Source: Squalus acanthias
Lineage: Eukaryota
Assembly (NCBI GenBank): GCA_030390025.1
Contig: CM059433.1
Span: forward strand, 28,088,001 to 28,152,000
Direction of reading: 5' to 3'
DNA length: 64,000 nt
Below, in pieces: positions 61,850-64,000 of this stretch; the stretch's first letter is position 1, and the number at the start of each line of letters is the position of its first letter. Both the position numbers and the translations under genes were made by a program. The notes beneath the pieces are model-generated. The model ran no database searches. It was given only the letters and a program-made list of their open reading frames with translations, and was not told the origin of the DNA.

Positions 61850-62215
61850 ACTGCGGATTATTGGATAGGGGTAGTGACAAGAATATTGAGGATGGAAATG
61901 AGTGGCTGGATACCTGGTATGAAAAGAACAATCTTACTTTCATAAATAAATGGAAACACTTCAGAATAAAACAGATTGGTGCAGGCGAGATGGGCTGCAC
62001 CTAAATCCAGTAGCAACAAAGATTTGGGGAGGAACATTGAGCCAGAAATCTAGGAATTATTTTAACTAGATTAGGTGTTTGGTTGGGAGGTGGGGTGTGG
62101 GGGAGGAGGAGAGCGGGGGAGGAGGAGAGCGGGGGAGGTACGAAGGTAGCCCGATCAGATATGACTGATGATAGGGTAGAAGGTAGTTAACAGGAGGGTA
62201 TAGACACAGGAACAC
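61850..62215 (+). mobile_element. CR1-type ORF1 esterase (SGNH) C-terminal fragment
   Basis: NEWLDTWYEKNNLTFINKWKHF...RRDGLHLNP motif; inverted paralog of 60975-61170. Confidence 0.65.
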
Positions 62216-62494
62216 AAGCACATTGGTGAACCAGACACCAGGAAAAGGCAGACATTGAATGTGGCAAATCAGTTATTCCCCACTGATTGTGTCGATTTTC
62301 TGAATGCCTTTTCTTTAACCTATGTACATCAAGGCTCTCCCCAAAGAGGTTTACACACATTTATTTGTAATAGAAACCATTGGATAAAAATACAATGGTC
62401 AGTCATTTAGTAGCTGCTGGCTAAATGTGACCATTACTATGATCCTAGGTTATAAATTTGTTATAGGATTCAAGAGGAGGAAAAAAAAAAAAAG

Positions 62495-62965
62495 AGAAAG
62501 TTGCATTTCTATAGTGCCTTTTACAACCTCAGGACATCTCAAAGCACTTTACAGCCAATGAAGCACTTTTGAAGTGTAGTCACTGTTATAATGTAGGAAA
62601 CGAGGCAGGCAATTGCACACAGCAAGATCCCACAAACAACAATGACCAGATCATCTGTTTTTTTTTGGTAATGTTGGTTGAGGGATAAATATTGGCCAGG
62701 ACACCGGGCATAACTTCCCTGTTCTTCTTTGACGAATGCCATGGGATCTTTTACATCCACCTGAGAGGACAGACGGGGTCTCGGCTTAACATCTCAGCCA
62801 AAAGATGGCACCTCCGACTGTGCAGCGCTCTCAGTAGTGCAGCACTCCTTCAGTACTGCACTGGAGTGTCAGCCTCGATTATGTGCTCAAGTCTCTGGAG
62901 TGGGACATGAAGCCATGACCTTGTCTCAGAGGCGAGAGTGCTACCCATTGGCCCACAAATGACAC
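62495..62965 (-). mobile_element. DeuSINE (SacSINE1-like)
   Basis: Sequence similarity to other copies. Confidence 0.85.
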
Positions 62966-63659
62966 CGTGGGGGAAAGGGGAGGAAAGAGAAAGAGCAATT
63001 TGGTATGTAACATTTTTTACCAACAACATGGAGCATCCCAGAACAAATAAATTCAGTATTCCCCAGTTTGACCCTTGATTCACAGCAAGTTCCCATGCAG
63101 TAAAGTCATTCATTCCAGTTCACTGGGACAGCTTTCACTTCTAGCCTGCATGGGAGGGGGTAGTCTGTAGGAAGGTGCCTCTAAATGGAACTCATTTATA
63201 GAACTAGTCTAATCAAAAAAATTCAGTTATGCTGCCACAAAAAGAAGGCGGATTCATATCTGACATTTACAAAGCTTTTGAGGCATTTTAGCTGCTTCGG
63301 TCTCATGACAAAATTTATTCAGTGGCACTAACTCAGAACATGCATAATCTTTGGACTAAAGGCGCTCATCTTGTTAAAGAATGTTACTAGACCACAAAAA
63401 AGACAATAAAACAAGCAACACATTGCCTCGATCGTGTACTTAGACATCAAATCTACTTTTAGTGTTTCAAAAGGATTAATTAAAGAGTGAGAAAGTTGAC
63501 AATGGGAAGTTTATACTTATTCTTTTTAAGTCCACCAGTTACTCTAAAGCCAGCTCCACCCAAGTGGAGTCACAAGACTCTTAGTAACAGTGACCTCAGA
63601 TGCAGCCAGATGGATACAAGCAGTTGGTGATTTTACATGGATAAACAGAACTAACTTTA

Positions 63660-64000
63660 AACAACAACTTGCATTTATATAGCACCTTTAATGTAGGAAA
63701 AACATCCCAAGGCGCTTCACAGGAGTGTAATCAGACAAAATTTGACACAGTCACCAAAAGCTTCGTCAAAGAGGTAGGTTTTAAAGAGCATCTTAAAGGA
63801 GGAGAGAGGTAGAGAGGCGGAGAGGTTTAGGGAATTAGAGCTTAGGGCCTAGGCAGCTGAAGGCACGGTCACCAATAGTGGAGCGAGGAAAATCGGGGCG
63901 CGCAAAAGGCCAAAATTGGAGAGCGCAGAGAGCTGAAGGTTGTAGGAGGTTACAGAAATAGGATGGGGCGAGGTGATGGAGAGATTTGAACGAGGATAAG
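63660..64000 (-). mobile_element. L2 3' end (runs off the window)
   Basis: ACAACAACTTGCATTTATATAGCACC tail; homologous to 35143-35500. Confidence 0.85.

Noticed and set aside
1..64000. CRISPR arrays, operons or prokaryotic defence systems
   Set aside because: Eukaryotic repeat-rich DNA with no regularly spaced repeat-spacer array or gene-dense region

Overview
Non-coding, transposon-dense vertebrate DNA, almost certainly from a shark or another cartilaginous fish. The basis is abundant DeuSINE/SacSINE1-like and V-SINE/HE1-like SINEs plus shark-type CR1 and L2 LINEs. No host protein-coding gene can be firmly supported. The region looks like a very long intron or intergenic DNA, with weak hints of a minus-strand host transcript: one candidate exon and one AG|GTAAG recursive-splice-like site. 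Most ORFs in the track are spurious or transposon fragments. Well-supported elements are: a 5'-truncated Penelope-like element with an uninterrupted GIY-YIG reading frame and a 3' minimal hammerhead ribozyme; a young Penelope-derived inverted-repeat insertion carrying hammerheads on both strands, with a 14-bp TSD; a full-length but decayed two-gene PIF/Harbinger transposon (HARBI1-like transposase plus spliced Myb/SANT gene) with TIRs and a 3-bp TSD inside a CR1; an hAT Blackjack-like MITE with an 8-bp TSD; a 214-bp solo LTR with a 5-bp TSD; a palindrome-packed MITE; near-complete CR1 and L2 ORF2 relics; and many SINE copies. Family names come from my recollection of consensus motifs, not from database searches. 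Boundaries of degenerate repeats are approximate.
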